Assembly (NCBI GenBank): GCA_001643675.2
Contig: LSRY02000018.1
Coordinates: 620,001 to 684,000 of the forward strand
DNA: 64,000 nucleotides
Source of the DNA: Monocercomonoides exilis PA203
Taxonomy: Eukaryota > Protista > Preaxostyla
Reading direction: 5' to 3'
The stretch's first letter is position 1. Every line of letters begins with the position of its first letter. Shown here piece by piece: positions 1-11,939 of the stretch. The translations under genes were made by a program, and so were the position numbers. The notes under the pieces were generated by a model. It was not told where the DNA came from, did not search any database, and saw only the letters and a list, made by a program, of their open reading frames with translations.

Positions 1-2142
1 GACCACTTGACATCACTTCGATATCCAACACTTGGAAAAGGCGAATACAAGATCAGCATTGTGGGATCAGGGTTGTTGATCCATTCCATAAAATTTTCTT
101 TTTCATTTTGATTTATATCTTCATCTTCATCTTCATCATCAATTTCAGATTCACCAAAAGTGGTGATTGAAGGAACAAAGAAAGGCACAGCAGTGATTAT
201 CAGTGTTGAAGATGAGAATGATGCAAATGGCAGTCCATTAATATCATCTGGCGTTGGTTTGACACAGGTAAATTTGTCATTCTCAAATCCAAATCCAAAC
301 AGTCATCATGAGATATTGATCGAATCATCAGGAGCAAACATCTGTTTGTCAGTTGTGGATTGCTCATTTGGCTCATTAAATGGAATGGCAGATGCAGGGT
401 TTTGTGCGATGAAAGTGAATGGAGGCAGAGTTGTTGTTCAAGGATGTTCGATGGATGCAGTTGGTTAGTTGAGAGGGTTCATCGCTTTCAGTGCAACAGC
501 AACAAGGGAGGTGATTGTGGAGGATGTGAACATCTCGAATGTTGGGGTGAAGGAGAGAAGTCTGATATCGATGTTTGAGGATGAACAGACGAATGGGAAG
601 AATATCAAAAGAGGGATGAATGGAGGGGAAAACAGGCATTCAAACAACGAAAAAGTGGTGATAAAAGTGAATGGGTCTTCGTTCACAAACATCACAAATG
701 GAGAAAACAGAGTAGGGGTGATGAGTGTGGATTCGTTTGCGAGGGCAATGGAGTGTGTGTTGGAGGGGTGTTCGGTTACGAGTTGCAGGAGTGAAATGAG
801 CGAGGAAGGAGGAGGGATGAAAGTGTGTCTGAAGAGATGAGAATCAGAAGTGAGAGTTGTTGGATGCTTGTTGTGGATGTGTTCGTGCTCGGGGGTGAAG
901 GGAAGAGGAGGCGGGGTAATGATTGATGCACTTGACCCGAATGTGGAGCACACAAACACGGAAATGCCACAACTTGGGCTGAGATTGGATGATATCCGAT
1001 TCATGATGAATGATGCATTTGTGGGGAAGGATGTGTTCATCCGATGCGATTCGATTGTGTCACAGTTGAATGAAAGACTGTTTGGACTGGACTTCAACCA
1101 GGAAGCGCTGAAGTGGAAGTACTCGATGTGTGGGAGCGATGAAGAAGGTAAAGTTGATGTTGATCTGATCCCTCTGATCACATTCTTTCGTTTAGCACAG
1201 GTGTTTGTCTCTTTGAGTGGAAGAGATGACAGACAATGTGGGGCGCAGAACAATCCTTGCCTGAGCATTGGAAGTGCTATGAAGCACATTCAAAGAGGAG
1301 TGTGGAATTCCATTTGGATTGATGGGGAAGGTGTGATTGGTGGAGAGTGTGTGATTGGGGATATGAATGTGAAGAGTCTAAAGAAGACTCAATCGACAAT
1401 TATTCTTAATGGAAAGATGGAGATTGTGGAGGATGAAGGGAGTGTGGTTGTGTTCGTGAATGAGAGTTCCGTGGAGAAATGAAATTTCTTGTTTGGATTG
1501 AGCTTTGAATCAGAGTATTCATTCATTGTGAAAGTGAAGAATGGAACATTGGGGGTGAGTGAGCGTTGGTGGAAGAGTGTTGGAACGACGACACTTTTGA
1601 ACAGCATAATTGTGGAAGTGGAGTGGGTAGAGCTGGAGATGGAAAAATGTGTTGTCAGCAGTGTTTCCACTTCACAACAGATATTGTCAGTCTGTGAAGG
1701 GAGCAAGGCTGTGATATATCAGCTGAGGATGAGCGATATCGAGAGCGAGGATGGAGGGATTGTTGATGCGAAGAAAGCAAGGGTGGAGGCGAAGGAGATG
1801 TCGATGAGCAACATCACCAGACAGAACAGAGGGAGCATAGTGAAGATCGTTGATTGTGCAGAAAGAGTGGATTTGATGAAGTGCTCGATGAGGATGTGTT
1901 TGGGAAAAGAAGAGAAAGGATGGATGGTGAGTGTGTGGAACTGTGAATGTGTGAACGTTTATTGTTGTGAGTTTGATGGAGAAAAGGTGGAGAATGAAGA
2001 GAGAACAAGAAATGAGCAGGATGGAGGAGAAAGAAAAGAGGAGATGTGCAAGTGGAATGACTCAACGGTTGAATTTGATAATAGTGAAGTTAACTTGAAT
2101 GAATCAATGATTGCAAATACATCCGAAGGAGGATTGAAGTGA
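1..2142 (+). pseudogene. Degraded member of a large multicopy, Cys/Gly-rich putative surface (beta-helix-like) protein family
   Basis: ORFs 160-468, 469-840, 850-1482 and 1489-2142 are all in frame 1 and the frame continues to base 1. It is broken by in-frame stops (TGA 109, TAG 466, TGA 838, TGA 1480). Family-type motifs: GGGMKVCL, GRGGGVMID, FMMNDAFVGKDVFIRC, VDLIPLITF, QCGAQNNPCLSI. Confidence 0.7.
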
Positions 2143-2369
2143 ATGGAGGTTATATTAAGACAAAAGTCATAAACGTTAAACATTATTTTCTGAGACTTTT
2201 ACACTTTGCAGGAATAAAAATTGCGAATTTTCTTGTTGTAAATAACAATAATGTTAATGTTTTTAATTATTTATTTAAAAAGAAGTGAGCTAATTGAAAA
2301 TATGATGATATGTTAAAGTGAAATTGGGAATTGTTCTGTTTTACTGTTTCATGCATTTGTTTTTCTTCT

Positions 2370-3042
2370 TTAAGTTTTTTGATTCATTGGAAAATCATTT
2401 TTTCTTTTTTTCTTCATCTCTCTATTTTTATTGATCTTTATTTCACAATAACTTACTGATTCTTTTTCTGAATTTGACGCATGTTGGTTTTCATTTTTTT
2501 TGCAAAATCTTCCATTGCTTGACCTTTTTCTTTTATATTTTTTTTTCCGTGGTTTAAAATCGTTCACATCAGATTCAAGGAAGTCCTCATAGCAGTCATC
2601 TGTTTTTTTGTTCATCATTTTTATCCATTTCGCTGTTATCTTCACTATCCTGAAGCTTTGTGATAAACACACCGCTTGAGTCTGATTCATCATTTTTTTC
2701 TTGTTTAATATTTTGTGCATTTTCATTTTCTTCGTCATTTCTCTCCTTTTTGTCATCTTCTTTATCATCGAATAAATTACAATGATTTTCTCCGTTTGAT
2801 ATGTCATCTTTTTCATTATTGCATTCATCATCATATTCGTTGATCAATTTTCTGTTCACCTTCTCAACAATAACTTTTGATCCTTTTCTACAAATTTTTT
2901 TCATTTCTTTTAAGGATGTTTCAAGTTCATTTTCATCCAACAATGTTTCATCATTATCTTTTTTCTTATTTACTTCTTTTCTAAGAATGAATAATAATAA
3001 TTTGAACTTTCTTTCTTTTGTTAATACTGTTTTCGCTTTCAT
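2370..3042 (-). pseudogene. Frameshifted acidic/lysine-rich hypothetical protein fragment
   Basis: Overlapping ORFs 2596-3042 and 2370-2834 appear to join through a slip in a poly-A tract. D/E-rich then K/R-rich (NLS-like) sequence; no recognisable domain. Confidence 0.3.
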
Positions 3043-3165
3043 TTCACATTTATTGAAAGATTCAATGAGATTGTCAAAATCCCCTTTTAAAATATTTTAA
3101 TATTGTCGAGGATACTGTTGACTGCGCCTATATTATTAGATTCGAATTTATAATTGTATTCAAAA

Positions 3166-3411
3166 GGGAAATGCTTTTTGAAAAGTTACAAATGTTGTAT
3201 TTTCAAATGAATCAAAAATTTCATATTTTGCTCAAATTTCTGTTTCCACTCACAAATCTTCTTTGGAATGTCTGAAATAGAATAATCCAGAAATAGATTC
3301 CATATAATTGTCGTTTAGAGCATGCTCACTAAAATTTGAGTTAAATGCAAATATTTTGATTTATTTGAAAAAAAACAATAGGAAGTTTTCAAAAAAAAAA
3401 AAAAATCAGCT
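3166..3411. mobile_element. Degenerate copy of the 240-bp GGGTGA-TIR MITE
   Basis: Colinear with 5275-5514 (gcttttTGAAAAGTTACAAATGTT...CTCAAATTTCTGTTT...GAAATAGATTC...TTTTGATTTATTTGAAAA). Termini decayed. Confidence 0.65.
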
Positions 3412-3434
3412 ATATGAAAAAAATGAAATGAAAT

Positions 3435-3714
3435 GGGGGAAAATATGGACTTTTAAGCTTTTTATGCACAAAGCATGAAAAAATTGCTTCACTCATAACT
3501 TTTGATCGCTTTCTCAGATTTCAAAATAAATTTGATTTTCATATTTTGAAAACAGGCACCATTGTTATCAAAATATAAAGAATAGTGACATTTCACGAAT
3601 GTCAAAAAATGAATTCATTTTTATTATGTTTTTTGATCGCTTAAAGTCAATGAATAGTGCATATTTTTTTAATGAAAATTCATGAAGTGAAATATTTTTC
3701 ACCAAATAATCATT
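3435..3714 (+). repeat. Dispersed ~280-bp repeat, probable transposon terminus (copy 1)
   Basis: GGGGGAAAATATGGACTTTTAAGCTTTTTATGCACAAAGCAT...CAGATTTCAAAATAAATTTGATTTTCATAT is homologous to 29052-29325. Both copies are preceded by AAAT. Confidence 0.75.
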
Positions 3715-3718
3715 ATAT

Positions 3719-3958
3719 GTCAAATTTTTTTTGAAAAGTTCCTTTTGTTTAATTTTCTAATAATGAAAAAATTTAATATTTCGATCAAATTTCTGTTCCC
3801 ACTTACGAAACTTCACTTAAAATAAAATAATAACATCGTCAAGATTGTGTTTTCATGACAGCAAAATTTTGTGAGTGGGAACAGAAATTTGATCGAAATA
3901 TAAAATTTTTTCTTCATTTGAAAATTAAACAAAAAGAACTTTTCAAAAAAATTTTGAC
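3719..3958. mobile_element. 240-bp palindromic MITE with ~95-bp arms and ATAT TSD
   Basis: Left arm GTCAAATTTTTTTGAAAAGTTCC...TTTCGATCAAATTTCTGTTCCCACT is the reverse complement of the right arm AGTGGGAACAGAAATTTGATCGAAA...CTTTTCAAAAAAATTTTGAC. ATAT lies on both sides (3715-3718, 3959-3962). Confidence 0.8.
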
Positions 3959-4390
3959 ATATTTGTTCAAGATTGAAGTGGTTTGCAAAGACAAATACTA
4001 GCAATACAGTTTTTTGTTTGTATTTTCCGTTAATGAAATGATAAAGTTGAAAAAATTCAACAATATTCAAGATTCAATGATGATGAATTTTTCAAGAACA
4101 AACGAATTCTTCTTCTACAAATATTTCTCAAAGCATTTGAATTGCTTAATCTGGAAAAGCAGGTTGGAATTGTTCCAAAAGCAATTTGGTGAATGCAAAT
4201 CTCATTTTTAAAAAACATTAAAATGAATTATAAATTTTTGAAAAACACTCTCTTCCGACATCCAAACAACGAACTTTTTTTTTTTTTTTCACTCAATTGC
4301 ATTCAGTCACATTCTAACACTTATGATTATTTATTTTGTCAATTGTCTCGAGAAAGATATTCAGAGGACAGCAGAAAATGTGGGTGATTA

Positions 4391-4840
4391 CAGCCAAAAC
4401 CGGATATAATCACATCGGTTTTTGCATAACTTTTTGTGTCTATATCCGATTGTGATTATACACGATGCAACTTTACACAGAAAAAAATAAATATTAATTA
4501 TAAAAATAATTAATTTTGCGTCGATTTTTTTATTTTTGAAAATTCTTCATGAAAAAGCATTTTTCACTTGCTTGATCAATATTGATCATAAATACACATA
4601 ATTTAGACTCATTTGAGTACATCTTTGAAAAAGAGAAGAATTTAAATTTTTAATCAAAAAATCGATTTTTCATTGAAAAAAGCACACATAATTTAAAAAA
4701 ATGTGAATAAATATTTTCTGCTCTGTGATTTCATGTAATTGAAAATGAATGAAAAACAAGTAAAAAATGTCGGTGCATCGAAAAATGTGACAATAAACGA
4801 ATGTAATTATTTTCGAAGTGATTATATCCGGTTTAGACTG
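4391..4840 (+). mobile_element. 450-bp Tc1/mariner-like MITE, copy A
   Basis: TA|CAGCCAAAACCGGATATAATCAC ... GTGATTATATCCGGTTTAGACTG|TA; ~23-bp TIR and TA TSD. Confidence 0.85.
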
Positions 4841-5162
4841 TATTTTTGAAATCATAATTTCTCTTTCATAATTATCGAATCTAAAATTTTCATTGAACAT
4901 TCACAAATGAACACTGAAATATGAAATGGCTCAGTGAAGACATCTTCATCTTTATTTTTACAAAAATATTGGTTTTTGAAACAATTGGGATGTATTTTGC
5001 ATTTGAATACAAAATGACTTTCCAAATACTAACAACCTTTAAAAAAAACAGCACTCCTTAAAAAGGGATGATTTCAAAAATAATCTCACATGTTAAAAAA
5101 TCCAAAAAATCGCAAAACTTTGGAATTTTTTGAAGACTACAAAATATTCTTAAAATAACTTA

Positions 5163-5856
5163 CAGTCAAAACCGGATATAATCACGTCGAATATAATCAC
5201 ATTCGTTTATTGTCACATTTTTCCATGCACCGACATTTTTGGCCTATTTTTCATTCATTTTCCATCGTATATAAGGGTGATTCTTTTTGAAAAGTCACAA
5301 ATGTTAAATTTTCAAATATATCAAAAATTTCATTTATTGCTCAAATTTCTGTTTCAGCTCACAAATCTCCTCAAGAATGGTAGAAATAGCATTTTCAAGA
5401 AATAGATTCTATTAAAGTTGAGTTTTATATTTGTTAACAAAATATTTAGCAAAATATGTAATTTTTGATTTATTTGAAAATAAAACATTTGTGACTTTTC
5501 AAAAAGAATCACCCATAATCACAGGGCTGAAAATATATAATCACATTTTTTATCATTATGCGTGATTTTTTCTATGAAAAATCGATTTTTTGATCAAAAA
5601 ACTCAATTTTTCGCTATTTCAAAAATGTGCTCAAATAAGTCTAAATAATGTGTATTTATGAAAATAGTTAATTTCGCAAGTGAAAAATGCTTTTTCATGA
5701 AGAATTTTCAAAAATAAAAAATTTGACCCAAAATAAATTATTTCATAAATTAATTTTTATTATCTTCTGTGTAAAGCATCATCGTGTATAATCACAATCG
5801 GATATAGTCACAAAAAGTTGTGCAAAACCAGATGTGATTATATCCTGTTTAGACTG
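5163..5856 (-). mobile_element. 450-bp Tc1/mariner-like MITE, copy B (inverted relative to A) with a nested insertion
   Basis: TA|CAGTCAAAACCGGATATAATCAC ... GTGATTATATCCTGTTTAGACTG|TA. Its 694 bp minus the 244-bp insertion equals 450 bp. The interior is the reverse complement of 4391-4840. Confidence 0.85.
5275..5514. mobile_element. 240-bp MITE with 31-bp TIR and 4-bp TSD (ATAA), nested in MITE B
   Basis: ATAA|GGGTGATTCTTTTTGAAAAGTCACAAATGTT ... AACATTTGTGACTTTTCAAAAAGAATCACCC|ATAA. Comparison with the empty site in copy A gives a 4-bp duplication. Confidence 0.9.
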
Positions 5857-6619
5857 TAATCACAAACGAAAGAAAGCGAAAGCAAATCTCTCTTCAAAAA
5901 CTTTCATTAATCGAAATTAATAGAAATGAATTACAATAATTTTTTCTGGAATTCACATTCATTACAATTTATTTATATGATAATTAATTCAGTAAATTTA
6001 TCCATCTATAATTTAACTTCCCATTTATCCATCAAATAATCATTCAAACAATATCAATTAACTCGAAAACAAAATGAACTTTTATTTCTCATAAATAAAA
6101 ATCGAAACAAATTATTATTTAATATATTCTTATGTTAAAATATCATAAATCTCATTATATAGAACTTCTGTATCGATTAATAAACATAAAGTTACAGTTG
6201 AATGAGTTGTAAAAAATATATATTTTATAAACAAACAAATCAAAAGTTGAAAATTTTTGCTTTCAAAATCTAGATATAAAAAAGTAATTGCTTTTTTATT
6301 GTTTTTAAAAGTATTATAAGTATTTTTTGTCTTTTAGTGATTAATAAACAAATTCATGATTGAAGTTGTTTTTGTTTATAAAAAAAATATATGATGGTGT
6401 TGAATTTTTGGTTTTTGTAAATTTTTATATATTTGACTTTATATTTTACAGTAATAATTTACAAAATGTTTTATTCTTTAAGTTGTTATTTATTTGATGT
6501 GAAACTATTTTCAGCTAATATTTATTTATTTTATTAATATTAAATATTGAGTAAAAGTTTTTGTGTTATTCGAAAATGTTAGTTACTTTAATTTTTTGTA
6601 TTGATTTGTTTTGAAGTTA

Positions 6620-7565
6620 CACCAAAAATAATTCTAATTCGAAAAAAAATAATTCAATTTCGGAATTAATAATTCGAATTCGAAAAAAAATAATTCGATT
6701 TCGGAATTAATAATTCAAAATCGAAAATTAATAATTCAATTTCGTAATTTATTAATTCGATTTCGAAAAAGAATAATTCAATTTCGAAATGAAAAATATT
6801 TTGATTTGTGGAATGAATAACTTGTGTTTTGTGTTTTGAATTCTCATTATTTTTATTTCATCAGTTCACTTTGCTTATCTATATTTGAAAAATGATGCAT
6901 TTTCTACAAATAATTTTCATTCATTTTGATTGAAAATATTTTATTTTGAAGTTTATTTGAAAAGAAAATGAATTCATTTTCTTATTAAAAATTGATGATT
7001 TTAATATATTTACCAAAGTAAAAAAAATTTTTTTATTGGTAAAAAAATTCTTGTTTTTTGTTATTCAATAAACGTAATTGAAATTTAAAAATTTTTATTT
7101 TGTTATTCAACAGAATGAATTTTTTTATTATTTTAATCATTTGAGTGATGATTTTCGAAAATGAAAAAAATTTTCAAGAAATCGATTTTTTGATTGTTTC
7201 ATTTTTAAAAAACAGTTTTCTTTGAGTAATAATATTTGTTTGGAAAAAAAATAACTTGAACTTTTCCGAAATCCATTCTCTAGAAAAATAGAAAATTTCA
7301 GTTTTTAATGAATTTCGAAATTGAAATATTCATTTTCGAAATTGAATTATTCTTTTTCGAAATCGAATTAATAAATTACGAAATTGAATTATTAATTTTC
7401 GATTTTGAATTATTAATTCCGAAATCGAATTATTTTTTTTCGAATTCGAATTATTAATTCCGAATTTGAATTATTCTTTTTCGAATTCGAATTATTAATT
7501 CCGATTTTGAATTATTCTTTTTCGAAAATGAATTATTTTTTTTCGAATTAGAATTATTTTTGGTG
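6620..7565. mobile_element. Foldback-like non-autonomous element with modular tandem-repeat TIRs, TA flanks
   Basis: TA|CACCAAAAATAATTCTAATTCGAAAAAAAATAATTC ... TTTTTCGAATTAGAATTATTTTTGGTG|TA. Arms (~6620-6800, ~7315-7565) are built of ~20-bp AATTCGAAAAAAAATAATTC/AATTTCGGAATTAATAATTC units. Confidence 0.85.
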
Positions 7566-7674
7566 TATTATTTATAAGAAATTATTTAAACAAAAACAAA
7601 TGAAAAGAAATTGTTGAATTGGATAATATTGATTACATACACATAAATTATTATGTTTCAAGATTATATTTGGA

Positions 7675-7880
7675 TTATTTTTTTGAAAACTTCCATTAGT
7701 TTAATTTTCAAATTATTCAAAAATTTCTCACTTTATACAAATTTCTGTTTTCACATATGAAATTTCACTCACTTAAATAGAAACAAAACCAATAGATGAA
7801 TTGCACAATTTTTGTGTAATTGTGAAATTTATGAAAAAATTTGAAATTCGTATATGTTATTTTGAAATAATCATGTAATT
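7675..7880. repeat. Degenerate copy of the 240-bp MITE family
   Basis: TTTTGAAAACTTCCATTAGTTTAATTTTCAAATT...CAAATTTCTGTTTTCACATATGAAATTTCACT resembles the left arm of 3719-3958. Confidence 0.5.
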
Positions 7881-8309
7881 TTGAAATTTTTCGGAAGAAT
7901 TGAAAATAAGGCAGTTATTTTAAGTTCCACCAACAAATTTCAAGTTTAATAAAATTGTGGGAAGATCTCATATTTTTCTCAATTTTTACCCCTTTTTTAT
8001 ATAACTGAAAGGATGTAAAAATAATAAGTGTTTTATTAATTCTATTAAAAGAAACATTTGTAATTGATTATATTCAACAATTTGTGGATGGAAAAATTTT
8101 GATTCGTTGCTAAAAAAAAGTTCGAAAAATTTTCTTGGAAGAGTTTGGAAAAACAGGAAATAACAAGTCACAAACATGTGATGAAAATGTTTAATTTGAG
8201 TGTATTTAATGATAACAAAGAAAACCTGACATCACTTCTCATGAATTCAGATGACATGTTAAAAAAGCATTCAAATAAAAATTTTCAGAAAAAGAAACAA
8301 TTGAGATAA

Positions 8310-10484
8310 TTAAATAGTATTTCTAGGCATTAGAAAACTGTCAGTGATTAAAGAATTTGACATTTTTCTTATCAATTTTCTTTCTGAACTAGCTTTTGAG
8401 TTGATCTCCTTTATCAATTTTTTTTCCATCTCTTTTCTGATGGAGTATTCTGTCACTTTTCGATAGAACACTCCATCAGCTGGTTCCAAAGTATTACTGT
8501 CAATAACGATGTTGGTTAGCCAACATGCTATTTTTGCATCTGCATCAATATTCTGTTTTCCACCTGTATACTTATCCGACAATCTGAGCCATAACTTTTT
8601 AAGTCGGCCAAAAAACCATTCCACTGGGATTCTGAACTTTGCTAGACTTTTATTGAAATTTTCGATTGACTTTTCCATTCTGTCTTGAGATTGACTTTTG
8701 TTGCAAGTGGAAGAAGTCATAGAATTACTTGCATTTGAAGAAGGAAGAGGAGGGTGTGATGTGCAGGGATGAATTGTATCCTTGTTTGAGCTTGAAGTTA
8801 TAAAAGACGTGTCCGTGGAATTCTGTGAACATGAATTCGGAACAGGTGAAAAAGCCAAAGAAAAAGAAGAATTGAGAATTGAAGAAGGGGATCGAGGATT
8901 TGAATTTGTTAACGAAGCGAGATGAACTGAAGATGAAGGAGAAAAAAGTGATGAAGAAGAAGGAGATTGATTTTGATTTGTGAAACTTGATTTCGAGAGA
9001 GGCAAGAATGCAGACGATGAATTTGATTTGGTAGATGAAGAAAAGGATTGAGGCATTTCTGACACTGAACATGAGACAGCAGCAGACGATGTGGAAATTT
9101 CAGAATTCAAAGAGTTGAACGAAGAATCTGATGAATAAATAATCTCAGCAGATTCAAATGAAGTTGAAGATGAAACATCATCAGAGATAGTTGAAGAAGG
9201 AGAAGGAGAGCAAGAGGAAGAAGAAGTTTCTAATGAAAATGACGAAGCCAAAGAAGGAGAGGAAGAAGAAGATGTGGATGGAGAAGATGAGCTTAACGAT
9301 GAGTTGCATGGAAAAGAATTGGGCGATGAACATGAAATGAATGTTGAAGGTGTCAAACATAATTTTCTTTGACACGAAGATAATTTACTGTTCGTTGAGT
9401 GTTTTTTAATTGGTGTTATGACATCGATATCCGTGAAATGACCCTGATAGCCTTTGTCTGCAACAATTGCCCATCTGTCTGTGTGAAGAGTACAGTAATA
9501 TTTTTCTTTTTCTTTGTCCGTCATCTTCAAATATTGGACATATCTTTCTTTTCCTTCACGAAACAAAGCCACATCATGAACACCTCCCATTACAGCATTT
9601 GACACAAATAAAGCTTTATGTGGATACCATGCGGAAACAGCAACTTCAAATTTCATACTGTAAACTTGATGGTGTCCATCGTATAGCAGCTTTGAATCTT
9701 CAAATGGAATTGGAGGAGTAGAGACTTTGATAGTTGTCGCATCAACCAAAAGAGCAACTTGTGGATAGTCTTCATTCAAAGGCGATTGAGGTCTTGGAGG
9801 ATTGATGAACATCTTTTCCAGTGCATTTAATAAAGATGGTCTTATGTTCTTGATCGAATTGCAAGCCATTGATTCTGAAATTCCAAGAGAAAAGGCAATT
9901 CTTTTTAACGTTGTTTTGCTTGAAAGCCATTCCAAATAAACAACAATTTCGTCATGTGTTGTCAATCTTTTCTTTGGACCCTGTTTTGGAATTGCGCTTA
10001 TTTCCGATTGAACTAAGTTGCCTAATTCAATAAGAAAGTCAATTGTTAGCCGAAGATGTTCATCATCTGGGTTATTCAATAGAGAATCAAAAAGAACTCC
10101 GTAGGTTTCGTTATCATCCTCATTTTTTTCTGTGTGAATTTCCATTTGATTTATTTCTTCAAGTTGTAAATCTCTTCTCTCTTTCAATGAGTTGAAATCT
10201 GGAAATTTATTTCTTTTTGAAGCAATTTTTCCTTTTTTCTTCTTAGGTTTTGTTTCATTGCTTGGAGCATTCAACTGTTCAGGCTTGCCCCTCTTCTCAG
10301 ATTTTGCCGCCTTCGATAATTCAGTTGGAGAATTGTCAGAATTGTCAGAAGAGGAATATTGATCTCGCTTTTCTGATTCTCTTCTGTTGAAGCAAACCGA
10401 ACCGATTTTACGTTTTGAAGGAGTGTAGTCAGAAAGTGAGTTTGAATCTGATTGATCTTTGTCTATTGAAGTGTTTTGCATCAC
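8310..10484 (-). CDS. PIF/Harbinger (ISL2EU/IS5-like) DDE_Tnp_4 transposase with a long Ser-rich insertion
   Basis: Uninterrupted 724-aa ORF. HTH-like LKRIAFSLGISESMA; catalytic motifs LLVDATTI, YDGHHQVYSMKFEVAV, GGVHD, IVADKGYQG, TPIKK and FNKSLAKFRIPVEWFFGRLK. No TIRs located. Confidence 0.85.
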   Translation of the reverse strand: MMQNTSIDKDQSDSNSLSDYTPSKRKIGSVCFNRRESEKRDQYSSSDNSDNSPTELSKAAKSEKRGKPEQLNAPSNETKPKKKKGKIASKRNKFPDFNSLKERRDLQLEEINQMEIHTEKNEDDNETYGVLFDSLLNNPDDEHLRLTIDFLIELGNLVQSEISAIPKQGPKKRLTTHDEIVVYLEWLSSKTTLKRIAFSLGISESMACNSIKNIRPSLLNALEKMFINPPRPQSPLNEDYPQVALLVDATTIKVSTPPIPFEDSKLLYDGHHQVYSMKFEVAVSAWYPHKALFVSNAVMGGVHDVALFREGKERYVQYLKMTDKEKEKYYCTLHTDRWAIVADKGYQGHFTDIDVITPIKKHSTNSKLSSCQRKLCLTPSTFISCSSPNSFPCNSSLSSSSPSTSSSSSPSLASSFSLETSSSSCSPSPSSTISDDVSSSTSFESAEIIYSSDSSFNSLNSEISTSSAAVSCSVSEMPQSFSSSTKSNSSSAFLPLSKSSFTNQNQSPSSSSLFSPSSSVHLASLTNSNPRSPSSILNSSFSLAFSPVPNSCSQNSTDTSFITSSSNKDTIHPCTSHPPLPSSNASNSMTSSTCNKSQSQDRMEKSIENFNKSLAKFRIPVEWFFGRLKKLWLRLSDKYTGGKQNIDADAKIACWLTNIVIDSNTLEPADGVFYRKVTEYSIRKEMEKKLIKEINSKASSERKLIRKMSNSLITDSFLMPRNTI

Positions 10485-11939
10485 TGTTGCTTCGATATAA
10501 CTTGTTGAGCAGTCTTCATGACTTACAGTTTTATTTTGGGGAAGAGTTTGTCTGCAAATAATTCTTCAAAAAATTTCCAATGGAATGACTTTCAACAAAC
10601 CTCAAATCTCTTATTTCGTTGCTTTGTTCCGGCAACCCAAAGAATATTGTTCCAAACAAAGATGAGGGAAGAGCTGTCATGTTGTAACTGTTTGACATAA
10701 TGAAATTAATGGGAATAAATCATGAAACTTGTTCATTCATCCATGACTTTAGAGACATTTAAGATATTTTGTAAATGATGAATATTGAAATAAATGTTTG
10801 AAGAAACAATTGGTTTTATTCAATTTTCTATCTTTTCTTTCAATCTTTCGTTTTTTGAAATATAGATTTCAGTAGTGAATAAATATTAGAAAATATTTTG
10901 TGACTTTCATTGCCTATGAAACCATGTATGCAATCATTGAAAGCAATCATTAATAAATCGAAGCAGTGCCTTCAATGAAACAAATGACATTCTATGCCTT
11001 TTAATGAAGAAAAAATTGACAAAAACCGATGATTGAAAGGAAAAAAGCGGTGTTGTCATCCGATTCATAAAGTTTGTTTCCATTAAACCACAACAAATAT
11101 GATCCGAAAATGAACAGATCATATCCATGAAAATGATTTACCGCTGGATAAAGAAAAAAAGAATCAAATATTCACAAGCGATTTACTGATTTTTTATTTG
11201 TTTTTGAATAAATGGATTTCTTCTACTGTTATATCTCTTCACGTAGCAATCGAATCACTGTGCGTGGATCATATAGTCGTTTGAATAATCTGAGTTGAAT
11301 GTGAAAATTTGTTCAAAGTCTTATTGAACAAAATGTTGATAAAAAAGGAAATACTACTAATTTTTGAACCGTTCTATCAGTAATAAGACACAAGATACAG
11401 GATTTGGAGCTTTTCACAGACTAGAAGTAATATAAAACAATCCGTTGTTTTGTTTAACATTTTTTCCATGGAGAACAAGCACACAAACGTTTTGCTTTAA
11501 AATTTTATTGATATCAACTTCATCCATCACAGCTCGAATCCTTTAAAATATAACTTGACATTATTTGAAATTTCATATTTTGCAATATGAAAAGATTCTG
11601 AAATGTCTTTCACATCTTTTTTGCTCATGCTGCATACAGATCAGCCTTTCCATTCCGAAGGCAAAGAAGCGAAGAAAAGAAAATGACTGGGGTGTTTGAT
11701 CAGTCCATGCGGCTGTCACCACGTGCGATGCAGACACTGAATGGATATGCTGTGGTGCTTTCTGCGACAATTTCAGTTTCGCTGGTGAATCTGCATCTTC
11801 AACTTGCAACGTTGGTGTGTTAGTTGTTTAGGAGAAAGTGGATCTCAGTATCGAACTGCGTGAACGCGTTCCATTTGGTCTGCATTCTGTTTAATCCTTC
11901 TAAGTTACAACCTTCCACAGCTCAACTGGTGTTCCGATC

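Noticed and set aside
465-1289. 274-aa minus-strand ORF
   Set aside because: Antisense shadow of the plus-strand family pseudogene.
6630-6800. CRISPR-like regular repeat array
   Set aside because: No unique spacers, mirrored at 7315-7565 as a TIR, eukaryotic context and no cas genes.
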